Sequence record: OP555980.1
Length of the DNA: 64,000 nt
Strand: one strand, 5' to 3'
Source of the DNA: Escherichia phage vB_EcoM-UFV06
A program made the position numbers and the translations under genes. The notes beneath the pieces are model-generated. The model was not told the origin of the DNA and did no database searches. It was given only the letters and a program-made list of their open reading frames with translations. Shown here in pieces: positions 46,531 to 56,764 of the stretch. Numbering within the stretch: position 1 is the first letter of the stretch; every line of letters begins with the position of its first letter.

Positions 46531-46943
46531 TATTTTCCAGCCTCAAATGCTCGCATGTCTTGAATATGCTTAATAGCAAATCCACGTGATTTAATAGCAT
46601 CAAGAGCTCCGCTACAGAAATCTAATAAAATTCCCCAATATTGTAATGAAGTATCAACCTTTAAAACATCCTTATCAGCTGATAGGACTGTCTTCATTTC
46701 TGATTTCTCGTAACGATCCATACTAAATTCATCACCATCTCCTCGTCCCGAGTAGTAATCTAATTTAGCTTTAAGAGCAACTTTTTTCTGTGCTTCAATT
46801 CTAAGCATTTCCTTTTTAATACTTGAATGCTTATTAAGCCATTTACTATATAACATCACATTATTAGCTGCTTCATACTGTAATTTAGTCGAATCTATAA
46901 ACACATCTTTCTTCAATTCTTCTTGAAGATCTTCTAATCTCAT
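46530..46943 (-). CDS. uvsY: UvsY recombination mediator
   Basis: 137 aa as T4 UvsY. Confidence 0.85.
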   Translation of the reverse strand: MRLEDLQEELKKDVFIDSTKLQYEAANNVMLYSKWLNKHSSIKKEMLRIEAQKKVALKAKLDYYSGRGDGDEFSMDRYEKSEMKTVLSADKDVLKVDTSLQYWGILLDFCSGALDAIKSRGFAIKHIQDMRAFEAGK

Positions 46944-47009
46944 ATTGTTCTCTATTCAATTGTTATTGGATGGACTTAGATTCATTATACCACGTTTTAA
47001 CGTGAAGCA

Positions 47010-47408
47010 TTATACCCTATTACTGGAAGCCAGTTGCAGTTTTATCTGCTCAATATCATCAGGATTATCGATGACCGAAAAGCGTATTTCTACTATCAGA
47101 GTATAATCATCATAAACCGGTATTACATTAACTGCTAATTTATCAATACGTGGCTCATAGTTTCTTACTGCGCTTTCGATATTGCGCTCAACCGTGTCAG
47201 CAGTAAGAGGAGTCATATTCTCAAAAAGCTGGTCAGATAAATCACATCCAAATTCAGGGTCAAACGGTCTTGAACCTTTTCTTGTTGTAATAATTCCTAA
47301 AAGACTATTTTTAATTGACCTTAATCCAAGTGATCTTGAAACGTCTTTGTTCCAATCCATTTTCATCTCTGGGTCAATATCAGAATAAAGCTTATTAATA
47401 TTTGCCAT
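47010..47408 (-). CDS. 25: gp25 baseplate wedge protein
   Basis: 132 aa as T4 gp25. Confidence 0.85.
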   Translation of the reverse strand: MANINKLYSDIDPEMKMDWNKDVSRSLGLRSIKNSLLGIITTRKGSRPFDPEFGCDLSDQLFENMTPLTADTVERNIESAVRNYEPRIDKLAVNVIPVYDDYTLIVEIRFSVIDNPDDIEQIKLQLASSNRV

Positions 47409-48034
47409 TACAATAGCTCAAAGAATTCTTTGAGTCCTCTTATTACATGAGCGTGAGTTTTTCCACACTCTGGACATTTAATTGGAACAGCCAAATAAAC
47501 AGTAGGCTTTAAAAGAATATCTTTTATAGCTACAATATCTGACTCTGTGATGATAGAATATAAATCTTCCAACTCTTTTTCATTCAAGTCTTCAACTGGA
47601 ATGCTTTCCCCGTTAGCGTGAATCGTTTCTATACATGATACTATCATGTGGGCTATATTTTTATCATCAAAAATTTTAGGGTAATGGAATTTAATTTTAA
47701 TGTCACCCAGTGTATACCAGAGGTCTTCTGGTGCATCTATTTGTGTATGTAATAGATTTATATGGGTTGGTATTTCAGTTCCGCAGGTGCACTTCCAGGA
47801 GTTTTCGTGATTAACTTCGCCAAGAGAATGTGCCCATAAATGAATCAACAATAGTTCTGATTCTTGACGATTTAAATCTTTTGCATTTGTGCAGTCTTTG
47901 ATTAGCTTTTTAACAATTACTTCTACGGAACCATTATTTTTGGCAGTAATAAGTTCTAGATATTCTTTAAGCGTGAATGCGCGACAATTGATTATTTTAG
48001 AACCAACTCTCACATCAAATTTGTATTCATACAT
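47408..48034 (-). CDS. 26: gp26 baseplate hub protein
   Basis: 208 aa as T4 gp26; divergent late promoter shared with gene 51. Confidence 0.8.
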   Translation of the reverse strand: MYEYKFDVRVGSKIINCRAFTLKEYLELITAKNNGSVEVIVKKLIKDCTNAKDLNRQESELLLIHLWAHSLGEVNHENSWKCTCGTEIPTHINLLHTQIDAPEDLWYTLGDIKIKFHYPKIFDDKNIAHMIVSCIETIHANGESIPVEDLNEKELEDLYSIITESDIVAIKDILLKPTVYLAVPIKCPECGKTHAHVIRGLKEFFELL

Positions 48035-48054
48035 ATTTAGCTCCTTTATTTATC

Positions 48055-48066
48055 ATATTTATAAAT
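48055..48066. promoter_or_regulatory. overlapping divergent late promoters for gene 26 (-) and gene 51 (+)
   Basis: TATTTATAAATA: TATAAATA on plus at 48059-48066 and on minus at 48055-48062. Confidence 0.55.
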
Positions 48067-48084
48067 AGAATAAAAGGAGCATCT

Positions 48085-48837
48085 ATGGCAAACATTATTC
48101 GTTGTAAATTACCAGATGGTGTTCATCGTTTTAAACCATTTACGGTAGAAGATTATCGAGATTTTTTGTTAGTTCGAAACGATATAGAACATCGGTCACC
48201 ACAAGAACAAAAAGAAGTAATTGCTGATTTAATTGCTGATTATTTTGGAGACTATCCAAAGACTTGGCAACCATTTATATTTTTGCAGGTATTTGTAGGT
48301 TCAATAGGTAAAACTAAAGTACCAGTCACATTTGTATGTCCAAAATGTAAAAAAGAAAAGACAGTTCCATTTGAAATATATCAAAAAGAATTAAAGGAAC
48401 CTATTTTTGATGTAGCTAATGTTAAAATTAAATTAAATTTTCCTTCTGAGTTTTATGAAAATAAAGCAAAGATGATTACTGAAAATATTCATTCTGTTCA
48501 AGTAGATGAAATGTGGTATGATTGGAAGGAAATTAGTGAATCAAGTCAAATAGAACTTGTTGACGCCATCGAGATAGAAACATTAGAAAAAATTCTCGAT
48601 GCAATGAATCCTATTAATTTAACATTGCACATGTCGTGTTGCGATAAGTACATTAAAAAATACACTGATATAGTAGATGTGTTTAAGCTATTAGTTAATC
48701 CAGATGAGATATTTACTTTTTATCAAATCAATCACACGCTTGTAAAAAGTAATTATAGCTTAAATTCAATAATGAAAATGATTCCTGCCGAGCGCGGATT
48801 CGTATTAAAACTGATTGAGAAGGATAAACATCAATGA
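48085..48837 (+). CDS. 51: gp51 baseplate hub assembly protein
   Basis: 250 aa (T4 gp51 is 249); TATAAATA at 48059-48066. Confidence 0.8.
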   Translation: MANIIRCKLPDGVHRFKPFTVEDYRDFLLVRNDIEHRSPQEQKEVIADLIADYFGDYPKTWQPFIFLQVFVGSIGKTKVPVTFVCPKCKKEKTVPFEIYQKELKEPIFDVANVKIKLNFPSEFYENKAKMITENIHSVQVDEMWYDWKEISESSQIELVDAIEIETLEKILDAMNPINLTLHMSCCDKYIKKYTDIVDVFKLLVNPDEIFTFYQINHTLVKSNYSLNSIMKMIPAERGFVLKLIEKDKHQ

Positions 48838-50006
48838 GTATGTTACAACGTCCTGGATATCCAAATCTCAGCGTTAAATTATTTGAGAGTTATGACGCTT
48901 GGAGTAATAATAGATTTGTTGAATTAGCTGCTACTATTACCACATTAACTATGCGTGACTCTCTTTATGGTCGAAATGAAGGAATGCTGCAGTTTTATGA
49001 TTCTAAAAACATCCATACAAAAATGGATGGAAATGAAATAATTCAGATTTCTGTAGCTAATGCAAACGATATTAATAATGTTAAAACACGAATTTATGGA
49101 TGCAAGCATTTTTCCGTGTCAGTAGATTCAAAAGGCGATAACATCATTGCTATTGAATTGGGAACTATTCATTCTATAGAAAATCTTAAATTTGGTAGAC
49201 CATTTTTCCCTGATGCCGGTGAATCTATAAAGGAAATGCTTGGCGTAATTTATCAAGATCGTACATTATTAACTCCAGCGATAAATGCTATTAATGCTTA
49301 TGTTCCTGATATTCCATGGACTAGCACATTTGAAAACTATTTGTCATATGTAAGAGAAGTTGCTCTAGCGGTAGGAAGCGATAAGTTCGTGTTTGTATGG
49401 CAAGACATCATGGGAGTTAACATGATGGACTATGATATGATGATAAATCAAGAACCATATCCAATGATTGTCGGTGAGCCAACTTTAATAGGTCAATTCG
49501 TCCAAGAATTGAAATATCCATTAGCATATGATTTTGTTTGGTTGACTAAATCAAACCCGCATAAACGCGATCCAATGAAAAATGCTACTATCTATGCTCA
49601 TTCATTTTTAGATTCTTCATTACCAATGATTACTACAGGAAAGGGTGAAAACTCTATTGTAGTGTCAAGGTCAGGTGCTTATTCTGAAATGACTTATAGA
49701 AATGGATATGAAGAAGCTATTCGTCTTCAGACTATGGCGCAGTATGATGGTTACGCTAAATGTTCTACTGTCGGTAATTTTAACTTGACTCCTGGCGTTA
49801 AAATTATTTTTAATGATAGTAAAAACCAATTTAAAACAGAATTTTACGTTGATGAAGTTATTCACGAATTATCAAATAATAATTCCGTAACTCATCTTTA
49901 TATGTTCACTAATGCAACGAAACTGGAAACAATCGACCCAGTTAAGGTTAAAAATGAATTTAAAACTGATACTACCACTGAAGAAAGTAGTTCTTCCGAT
50001 AAGTAA
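48834..50006 (+). CDS. 27: gp27 baseplate hub protein
   Basis: 390 aa (T4 gp27 is 391). Confidence 0.85.
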   Translation: MSMLQRPGYPNLSVKLFESYDAWSNNRFVELAATITTLTMRDSLYGRNEGMLQFYDSKNIHTKMDGNEIIQISVANANDINNVKTRIYGCKHFSVSVDSKGDNIIAIELGTIHSIENLKFGRPFFPDAGESIKEMLGVIYQDRTLLTPAINAINAYVPDIPWTSTFENYLSYVREVALAVGSDKFVFVWQDIMGVNMMDYDMMINQEPYPMIVGEPTLIGQFVQELKYPLAYDFVWLTKSNPHKRDPMKNATIYAHSFLDSSLPMITTGKGENSIVVSRSGAYSEMTYRNGYEEAIRLQTMAQYDGYAKCSTVGNFNLTPGVKIIFNDSKNQFKTEFYVDEVIHELSNNNSVTHLYMFTNATKLETIDPVKVKNEFKTDTTTEESSSSDK

Positions 50007-50487
50007 TAAAGAAGTTTCTATTCCTAAGATGGGTCTTAAACATTATAACATTTTAAAAGATGTTAAAGGTCCTGATGAAAATTTAAAGCTTCTTATTGAT
50101 TCTATTTGTCCAAATTTATCACCGGCAGAAGTTGATTTCGTTTCTATTCATTTGCTAGAATTTAATGGAAAGATTAAATCTCGTAAAGAAATAGATGGTT
50201 ATACTTATGATATTAATGACGTTTATGTATGTCAAAGATTGGAATTTCAATACCAAGGAAATACATTTTATTTTAGACCTCCTGGAAAATTTGAACAATT
50301 TTTAACTGTAAGCGATATGTTATCCAAATGCTTGCTTAAGGTCAATGATGAAGTTAAAGAAATTAATTTTCTTGAGATGCCAGCATTTGTTTTAAAATGG
50401 GCAAATGATATTTCTACAACTTTAGCAATTCCTGGCCCTAATGGTCCAATAACCGGAATTGGCAATATTATTGGATTATTTGAATGA
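49954..50487 (+). CDS. 28: gp28 baseplate hub distal protein
   Basis: 177 aa from ATG at 49954 (MNLKLILP...); overlaps gene 27 3' end. Confidence 0.75.
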   Translation: MNLKLILPLKKVVLPISNKEVSIPKMGLKHYNILKDVKGPDENLKLLIDSICPNLSPAEVDFVSIHLLEFNGKIKSRKEIDGYTYDINDVYVCQRLEFQYQGNTFYFRPPGKFEQFLTVSDMLSKCLLKVNDEVKEINFLEMPAFVLKWANDISTTLAIPGPNGPITGIGNIIGLFE

Positions 50488-52256
50488 AAAAGCCACAAGA
50501 AATGCAAACGATGCGTAGAAAAGTTATTTCAGATAATAAACCAACACAGGAAGCGGCTAAATCCGCTTCTAATACTTTATCTGGTCTTAATGACATTTCT
50601 ACAAAATTAGATGATGCTCAAGCTGCCTCTGAATTAATAGCTCAAACTGTCGAAGAAAAATCGAATGAAATAGTTGGAGCAATTGATAACGTTGAAAGCG
50701 CAGTAAGTGATACTACTGCCGGTTCTGAGTTAATTGCTGAAACTGTTGAAATTGGCAACAATATTAATAAAGAAATCGGTGAATCGCTCGGAAGCAAATT
50801 AGATAAATTAACAAGTTTACTGGAACAAAAAATTCAGACAGCTGGAATTCAGCAAACTGGAACGAGTTTAGCAGTAGTCGAAAATGCTATTCCTGTTAAA
50901 GTCGTCGAGGATGATACAGCTGAATCTGTGGGTCCTTTATTACCGGCTCCTGAAGCAGTTAATAATGATCCTGATGCTGATTTTTTCCCTACTCCTCAGC
51001 CAATTGAACAAAAACAAGAGTCTCCAGAAGAGAAGCAAAAAAGAGACGCATTTAACTTAAAAATATCTAATGCATTAGATAAATTAACAAAGACAGTTGA
51101 TTTCGGATTTAAGAAATCTATTTCAATTACTGATAAAATATCTAGTATGCTATTTAAGTATACCGTCAGTGCTGCTATTGAAGCTGCTAAAATGGTTGCA
51201 TTGATAATGGCTGTTGTTATTGGAATAGACCTGCTGATGGTTCATTTTAAATACTGGTCAGATAAATTTTCAAAAGCCTGGGATTTATTTGGTACTGATT
51301 TTACTAAATTCTCTAGCGAAACCGGAACATGGGGTCCTTTATTACAGAGCATCTTTGATTCTATTGATAAAATTAAACAACTTTGGGAAGCTGGAGATTG
51401 GGGCGGATTAACAGTAGCTATTGTTGAAGGGCTTGGAAGTGTTCTTTATAATTTAGGAGAGCTTATTCAATTAGGTATGGCTAAATTATCTGCAGCAATT
51501 CTTCGAGTCATTCCTGGCATGAAGGATACTGCTGATGAAGTAGAAGGAAGAGCATTAGAAAATTTCCAAAATTCTACTGGAGCATCTCTTAATAAAGAAG
51601 ACCAAGAAAAAGTAGCAAATTATCAAGATAAACGAATGAATGACGATCTTGGCCCAATAGCAAAAGGATTAGACAAAATTGCGAACTGGAAAACTCGTGC
51701 ATCTAACTGGATTCGTGGTGTAGATAATAAAGAAGCATTGACTACTGACGAAGAACGTGCAGCAGAAGAAGAAAAATTAAAACAACTTTCACCGGAAGAA
51801 AGAAAAAATGCTTTAATGAAAGCTAATGAAGCTCGTGCTGCGATGATTCGTTTTGAAAAATACGCTGATTCAGCTGATATGAGCAAAGACTCGACAGTTA
51901 AATCAATTGAAGCTGCTCATGAAGACCTTAAAAAACGAATGAATGATCCGGATTTAAATAATTCACCAGCGGTTAAAAAAGAACTTGCTTCTAGATTTGC
52001 TAAAATTGATGCCACTTATCAAGAGCTCAAGAAAAATCAACCTGAAGCAAAACCTGAAACTTCTGCTAAATCACCAGAAGCAAAACAGGTCCAGGTGATT
52101 GAAAAGAACAAAGCACAACAAGCTCCTGTTCAACAAGCATCTCCTTCAATCAATAATACTAATAATGTTATTAAGAAAAATACTGTCGTTCATAACATGA
52201 CACCTGTCACAAGCACAACTGCTCCTGGTGTATTTGGCGCGACGGGAGTTAATTAA
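50484..52256 (+). CDS. 29: gp29 tail tube length tape measure
   Basis: 590 aa as T4 gp29. Confidence 0.85.
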   Translation: MKKPQEMQTMRRKVISDNKPTQEAAKSASNTLSGLNDISTKLDDAQAASELIAQTVEEKSNEIVGAIDNVESAVSDTTAGSELIAETVEIGNNINKEIGESLGSKLDKLTSLLEQKIQTAGIQQTGTSLAVVENAIPVKVVEDDTAESVGPLLPAPEAVNNDPDADFFPTPQPIEQKQESPEEKQKRDAFNLKISNALDKLTKTVDFGFKKSISITDKISSMLFKYTVSAAIEAAKMVALIMAVVIGIDLLMVHFKYWSDKFSKAWDLFGTDFTKFSSETGTWGPLLQSIFDSIDKIKQLWEAGDWGGLTVAIVEGLGSVLYNLGELIQLGMAKLSAAILRVIPGMKDTADEVEGRALENFQNSTGASLNKEDQEKVANYQDKRMNDDLGPIAKGLDKIANWKTRASNWIRGVDNKEALTTDEERAAEEEKLKQLSPEERKNALMKANEARAAMIRFEKYADSADMSKDSTVKSIEAAHEDLKKRMNDPDLNNSPAVKKELASRFAKIDATYQELKKNQPEAKPETSAKSPEAKQVQVIEKNKAQQAPVQQASPSINNTNNVIKKNTVVHNMTPVTSTTAPGVFGATGVN

Positions 52257-52264
52257 GGAATAAT

Positions 52265-53359
52265 ATGGCAATTGTTAAAGAAATAACTGCTGATTTAATT
52301 AAAAAGTCCGGTGAAACAATTTCAGCCGGACAGAGTACTAAATCAGAAGTAGGAACTAAAACATACACAGCCCAGTTTCCAACTGGGCGTGCTAGTGGTA
52401 ATGACACTACAGGGGACTTCCAGGTAACAGATCTATATAAGAATGGATTATTATTTACTGCATACAATATGTCATCTAGGGATTCTGGAAGTCTTAGAAC
52501 GATGAGATCTAACTACTCTTCTTCATCTTCGAGTATTTTACGTACAGCCAGAAACACTATCAGTAATACAGTATCAAAACTATCAAATGGACTAATATCA
52601 GATAATAATTCAGGAACAATAAGTAAAGTTCCTGTTGCAAATATTCTTTTACCTAGATCTAAATCTGACGTCGATACGTCATCACATAGATTTAATGATG
52701 TTCAAGATAGTCTTATTACAAAAGGCGGAGGTACTGCTACTGGTGTGCTAAGCAATATGGCTTCAACCGCAGTATTTGGAGCGTTGGAAAGTATAACACA
52801 AGGTATAATGGCTGATAATAATGAACAGATCTATACAACAGCCAGAAGCATGTACGGCGGTGCTGAAAATAGAACAAAAGTGTTCACTTGGGATTTGACT
52901 CCACGCTCAACAGAAGATTTAATGGCTATTATTAATATCTATCAGTATTTTAACTATTTTTCTTACGGTGAAACTGGTAAATCTCAATATGCTGCTGAAA
53001 TAAAAGGATATTTAGATGAGTGGTATCGTTCTACATTTATTGAACCATTAACGCCAGAAGACGCGATTAAAAACAAGACGTTATTTGAAAAAATGACATC
53101 GAGTTTAACGAACGTTCTTGTAGTTTCAAACCCGACAATTTGGATGGTGAAAAACTTTGGTGCAACTTCTAAATTTGATGGAAAGACTGAAGTATTCGGT
53201 CCATGCCAAATACAGAGTATTAGATTTGATAAAACACCAAATGGTAACTTTAATGGATTAGCTATTGCTCCTAACCTTCCAAGTTCTTTTACACTCGAGA
53301 TTACTATGAGAGAGATTATTACGTTAAACCGTGCTTCTTTATATACGGGGACTTTCTAA
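52265..53359 (+). CDS. 48: gp48 baseplate-tail tube junction protein
   Basis: 364 aa as T4 gp48. Confidence 0.85.
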   Translation: MAIVKEITADLIKKSGETISAGQSTKSEVGTKTYTAQFPTGRASGNDTTGDFQVTDLYKNGLLFTAYNMSSRDSGSLRTMRSNYSSSSSSILRTARNTISNTVSKLSNGLISDNNSGTISKVPVANILLPRSKSDVDTSSHRFNDVQDSLITKGGGTATGVLSNMASTAVFGALESITQGIMADNNEQIYTTARSMYGGAENRTKVFTWDLTPRSTEDLMAIINIYQYFNYFSYGETGKSQYAAEIKGYLDEWYRSTFIEPLTPEDAIKNKTLFEKMTSSLTNVLVVSNPTIWMVKNFGATSKFDGKTEVFGPCQIQSIRFDKTPNGNFNGLAIAPNLPSSFTLEITMREIITLNRASLYTGTF

Positions 53360-54324
53360 TGTATTCTTTAGAGGAATTTAATAATCAAGCAATAAACGCA
53401 GACTTCCAACGTAATAATATGTTCAGCTGTGTTTTTGCTACAACTCCATCAACTAAAAGCTCATCGTTAATAAGCTCAATTAGTAACTTTGCTTATAATA
53501 ACTTGGGTCTAAATTCAGATTGGTTGGGATTAACTCAAGGTGATATTAATCAGGGAATTACCACGCTAATTACTGCTGGCACACAAAAACTAATAAGAAA
53601 ATCGGGAGTCAGTAAATATCTTATTGGCGCTATGAGTCAGCGTACTGTTCAGAGTTTATTAGGCTCATTTACAGTTGGTACATATTTAATTGACTTCTTT
53701 AACATGGCATATAACTCATCTGGATTGATGATATACTCTGTAAAAATGCCAGAGAATAGATTATCCTATGAAACTGACTGGAACTATAATTCTCCTAATA
53801 TTCGTATAACTGGAAGAGAATTAGACCCTTTGGTTATTTCATTCAGAATGGATTCAGAAGCTTGTAACTATCGTGCAATGCAAGACTGGGTTAACGCTGT
53901 TCAAGACCCAGTAACTGGATTGCGTGCTTTGCCGCAAGATGTCGAGGCAGATATTCAGGTTAATCTTCATTCTCGCAATGGATTACCTCATACTGCGGTG
54001 ATGTTCACTGGATGCATTCCAATATCAGTGAGCGCTCCTGAGTTATCATATGATGGAGATAACCAAATAACTACATTTGACGTTACTTTTGCGTATAGAG
54101 TGATGCAGGCTGGAGCAGTTGATAGACAAGCTGCCCTTGAATGGCTTGAATCTGCTACTATAAATGGTATTCAAAGCGTTCTCGGAAATAGTGGAGGTGT
54201 TACTGGACTATCTAATTCGCTTTCACGACTTAGTAGATTAGGGGGAACTGCAGGAAGCATTTCAAATATTAATACTATGACAGGAATTGTCAATTCGCAA
54301 AGTAAAATATTAGGAGCAATATAA
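53359..54324 (+). CDS. 54: gp54 baseplate-tail tube initiator
   Basis: 321 aa (T4 gp54 is 320). Confidence 0.85.
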   Translation: MYSLEEFNNQAINADFQRNNMFSCVFATTPSTKSSSLISSISNFAYNNLGLNSDWLGLTQGDINQGITTLITAGTQKLIRKSGVSKYLIGAMSQRTVQSLLGSFTVGTYLIDFFNMAYNSSGLMIYSVKMPENRLSYETDWNYNSPNIRITGRELDPLVISFRMDSEACNYRAMQDWVNAVQDPVTGLRALPQDVEADIQVNLHSRNGLPHTAVMFTGCIPISVSAPELSYDGDNQITTFDVTFAYRVMQAGAVDRQAALEWLESATINGIQSVLGNSGGVTGLSNSLSRLSRLGGTAGSISNINTMTGIVNSQSKILGAI

Positions 54325-54328
54325 CAAT

Positions 54329-54346
54329 GGGGACCGAAAGGTCCCC
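54329..54346. terminator. stem-loop between gene 54 (+) and minus-strand genes
   Basis: GGGGACCGAAAGGTCCCC. Confidence 0.55.
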
Positions 54347-54352
54347 ATATTT

Positions 54353-54643
54353 TTATTTACGGAATGAAATAAAAGCAGCAACTGAAGCAACAGAGGTTTC
54401 TTCAATATAAACCTCAATTTTTACCGGAGCTTCTGACTCAAATTTACCTGTTACTACACCTTGGAAAATACTTTCAGTCTGTTCTGGCTTTGAAAAATTT
54501 TCAGAAGGAAAAATTCCAAACTTTTTATCGGTTCCGAAAATTTTAATAAATTCATCATAAACTGCTTCATTGAAAGCGTTATCAGCGGGAATAACGCCTT
54601 CAACGACGAGTTCTTGACCTAAAAAGCGCAAAGAAGATTTCAT
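54353..54643 (-). CDS. hypothetical protein (alt.-x position)
   Basis: 96-aa ORF; early-promoter motif TTTACA-17-TATAAT upstream. Confidence 0.5.
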   Translation of the reverse strand: MKSSLRFLGQELVVEGVIPADNAFNEAVYDEFIKIFGTDKKFGIFPSENFSKPEQTESIFQGVVTGKFESEAPVKIEVYIEETSVASVAAFISFRK

Positions 54644-54674
54644 TTTGTGTTCCTCATGTTATGTCAGTAAGATT

Positions 54675-54703
54675 ATTATAACACAACACGAGGGACTTGT
54701 AAA
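54675..54703 (-). promoter_or_regulatory. early promoter, TTTACA-17 bp-TATAAT
   Basis: Minus strand ...TTTACAagtccctcgtgttgtgtTATAAT...; upstream of 96-aa gene. Confidence 0.5.
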
Positions 54704-56761
54704 CTACATTTTGAACTTTTTAGACATTCCGTTGATGTTAACCAAAGAAGCTAAGATTTGAGAAACTTCGTTTTCCTCTTCTTTTGATTCTTCTACAAGG
54801 AATTGATTAAATCCAGCCATTGGACGAACTTCACCAGTTTCCATCAGATGGTCGCCATCATATACTGATTCTTCTAATTGTTCAGAAGGAGGAACGATTG
54901 TACCTTCGATTAGATACTTGTTATAAGCAGTTTCTTTCATCATGTACGTACTTACTTTATTAATCTTCAGTAAAATTCCACGCGGCAAAATAACTTCAGC
55001 TTCGGATGGAAATCCTGATAAATGACCTGGAACGATAACTTTAACTCGTTCAGCTCCTTTAATTACCATACCTACATTAGTTTCAGCGTCTTCATTCGCA
55101 TATGTAGAATGACTACCCATATGCATTAAATCTTCAGCATCAACTGAACCTTCTCCTTCACCAGAAAATACTGCTCCGGAATCATCTAAGGCCATATAAT
55201 TTTTACCATATTCACCGAAGATATTTGGCTTGAGTGAAGTAGATACAAAGTTCTTGAAATAGAACATTTTATTTTCTATATTATGACGTAAAGTTTTAAA
55301 GGTAACTTCTTGCCCACGATAAAGAGTAGTTCCTGGAGGAAGAACTGAACCTTTAGAAAATGCAGAATCCAGCGTCTCAATATGTTTAATAGCTCGTTCC
55401 ATATATTCTTCACGGGTAGAATCAGGTTTACCTAGAAGGAACGAGTTCATTTCAACATATGAATCTGCGCAATAATCTTCAATTACATCAGACTCAGCCT
55501 GAGTTAATCCTTTTGGAGTTACTTCAGTGCTTGCATATTCATATGCCTGAGCAGCAGATTCATCAATTAATTTATAAATTCCATTCATTACAAATTGAAT
55601 AATAGCTGTCTTTTCATCTGGTGTAGCTTTAGAACCTTTAACTAAATCATTGACAATTTTCTTAATAACATCAAAGCTATTAGAAATATTAATGTCAGCA
55701 AGATCGCTTAAAATTTTATCAGTTTTATAATCAAAGAATTCTTTATTCTTTAAATATTCTTGAGAACCTTGATATGTTATATCGCTCTGCAGCTTGATAG
55801 ATGGATCGCGTAAACGTGCATGGGCCAATGCAATATGATTTCGGAAGCTTTCGAGTTCATAATCACTAGATTTAAAACGAGAAGCACTTCTCATACCACC
55901 GATAGCTCCTTTGCTAAAGTTTGAACCAACCTGAATAACGCCAGAGTTCATTGGTCCTTCTGCTTTATATACCGGAACTTTAGATTCAAACTCTTGATAT
56001 TTCTTAGCAGCGAAGCTATCACCCTGAAGTGAAGCATCAACAGTAGAATATTGAGCTTGTGCTGCTAATCGACGACTAATTTTAGTTTTCTGAATAACAG
56101 CTTGATCCGTGCGCTTATCATTTTCTAAAGCAATAGAAGCAGCAACAGCAACAGCTTTAGGAACAGCATTACCTGTTTTAACGTCTACATAAACATCACC
56201 AACCTTTGATTCAACTTTTGTGAATAACTCGGTTGAAATAGGAGGTACACCTGGAATGTCTTCTAAATTGGCATTTTTACGGTAAACCATAATATATGCG
56301 TACTTTTTATCATAATCCCAGATTTCCTTTAAAAGAACATATCGACCTGCTCCTTTAGTACGTACTAAACGGTCAGCAATAACTTGCATTTGCCGAGCAG
56401 CGCCATTTGTTTTACTTTTTAGTACGCGGAATAAGCATGCATCAATTTTATACTGTTTCATTGTTTGAAGAGCAGTATCAAAAACAGCATTAATGACGCC
56501 AATTGGATTTCCACCCAAGTTTTTAAGCTTAACTAATGATAGTTTCTCATTAACACCTATCATTACGATATGCATCATTTTGTCGCCTGGCTTAACGTTT
56601 TTATTCGTATCACCGCCAGAGGTGTATGTACAAAATCTAAATCCAGGAAGCACGCTTTCTTCACCTGCTTGAATAGCAAAAATTTGAGGTATTTTATGCT
56701 TAGGATTTAAGTTAACAACCGGCGCCGAAGCGCCGTCAAATAATTCTGTAATAAGTTCCAT
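54704..56761 (-). CDS. Alt-like mono-ADP-ribosyltransferase, paralog 2
   Basis: 685 aa; N-terminus MELITELFD shared with neighbour; Arg-STS-ExE signature (LYRGQ, FVSTSL, SEAEVILPRG). Confidence 0.8.
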   Translation of the reverse strand: MELITELFDGASAPVVNLNPKHKIPQIFAIQAGEESVLPGFRFCTYTSGGDTNKNVKPGDKMMHIVMIGVNEKLSLVKLKNLGGNPIGVINAVFDTALQTMKQYKIDACLFRVLKSKTNGAARQMQVIADRLVRTKGAGRYVLLKEIWDYDKKYAYIMVYRKNANLEDIPGVPPISTELFTKVESKVGDVYVDVKTGNAVPKAVAVAASIALENDKRTDQAVIQKTKISRRLAAQAQYSTVDASLQGDSFAAKKYQEFESKVPVYKAEGPMNSGVIQVGSNFSKGAIGGMRSASRFKSSDYELESFRNHIALAHARLRDPSIKLQSDITYQGSQEYLKNKEFFDYKTDKILSDLADINISNSFDVIKKIVNDLVKGSKATPDEKTAIIQFVMNGIYKLIDESAAQAYEYASTEVTPKGLTQAESDVIEDYCADSYVEMNSFLLGKPDSTREEYMERAIKHIETLDSAFSKGSVLPPGTTLYRGQEVTFKTLRHNIENKMFYFKNFVSTSLKPNIFGEYGKNYMALDDSGAVFSGEGEGSVDAEDLMHMGSHSTYANEDAETNVGMVIKGAERVKVIVPGHLSGFPSEAEVILPRGILLKINKVSTYMMKETAYNKYLIEGTIVPPSEQLEESVYDGDHLMETGEVRPMAGFNQFLVEESKEEENEVSQILASLVNINGMSKKFKM

Positions 56762-56764
56762 GAT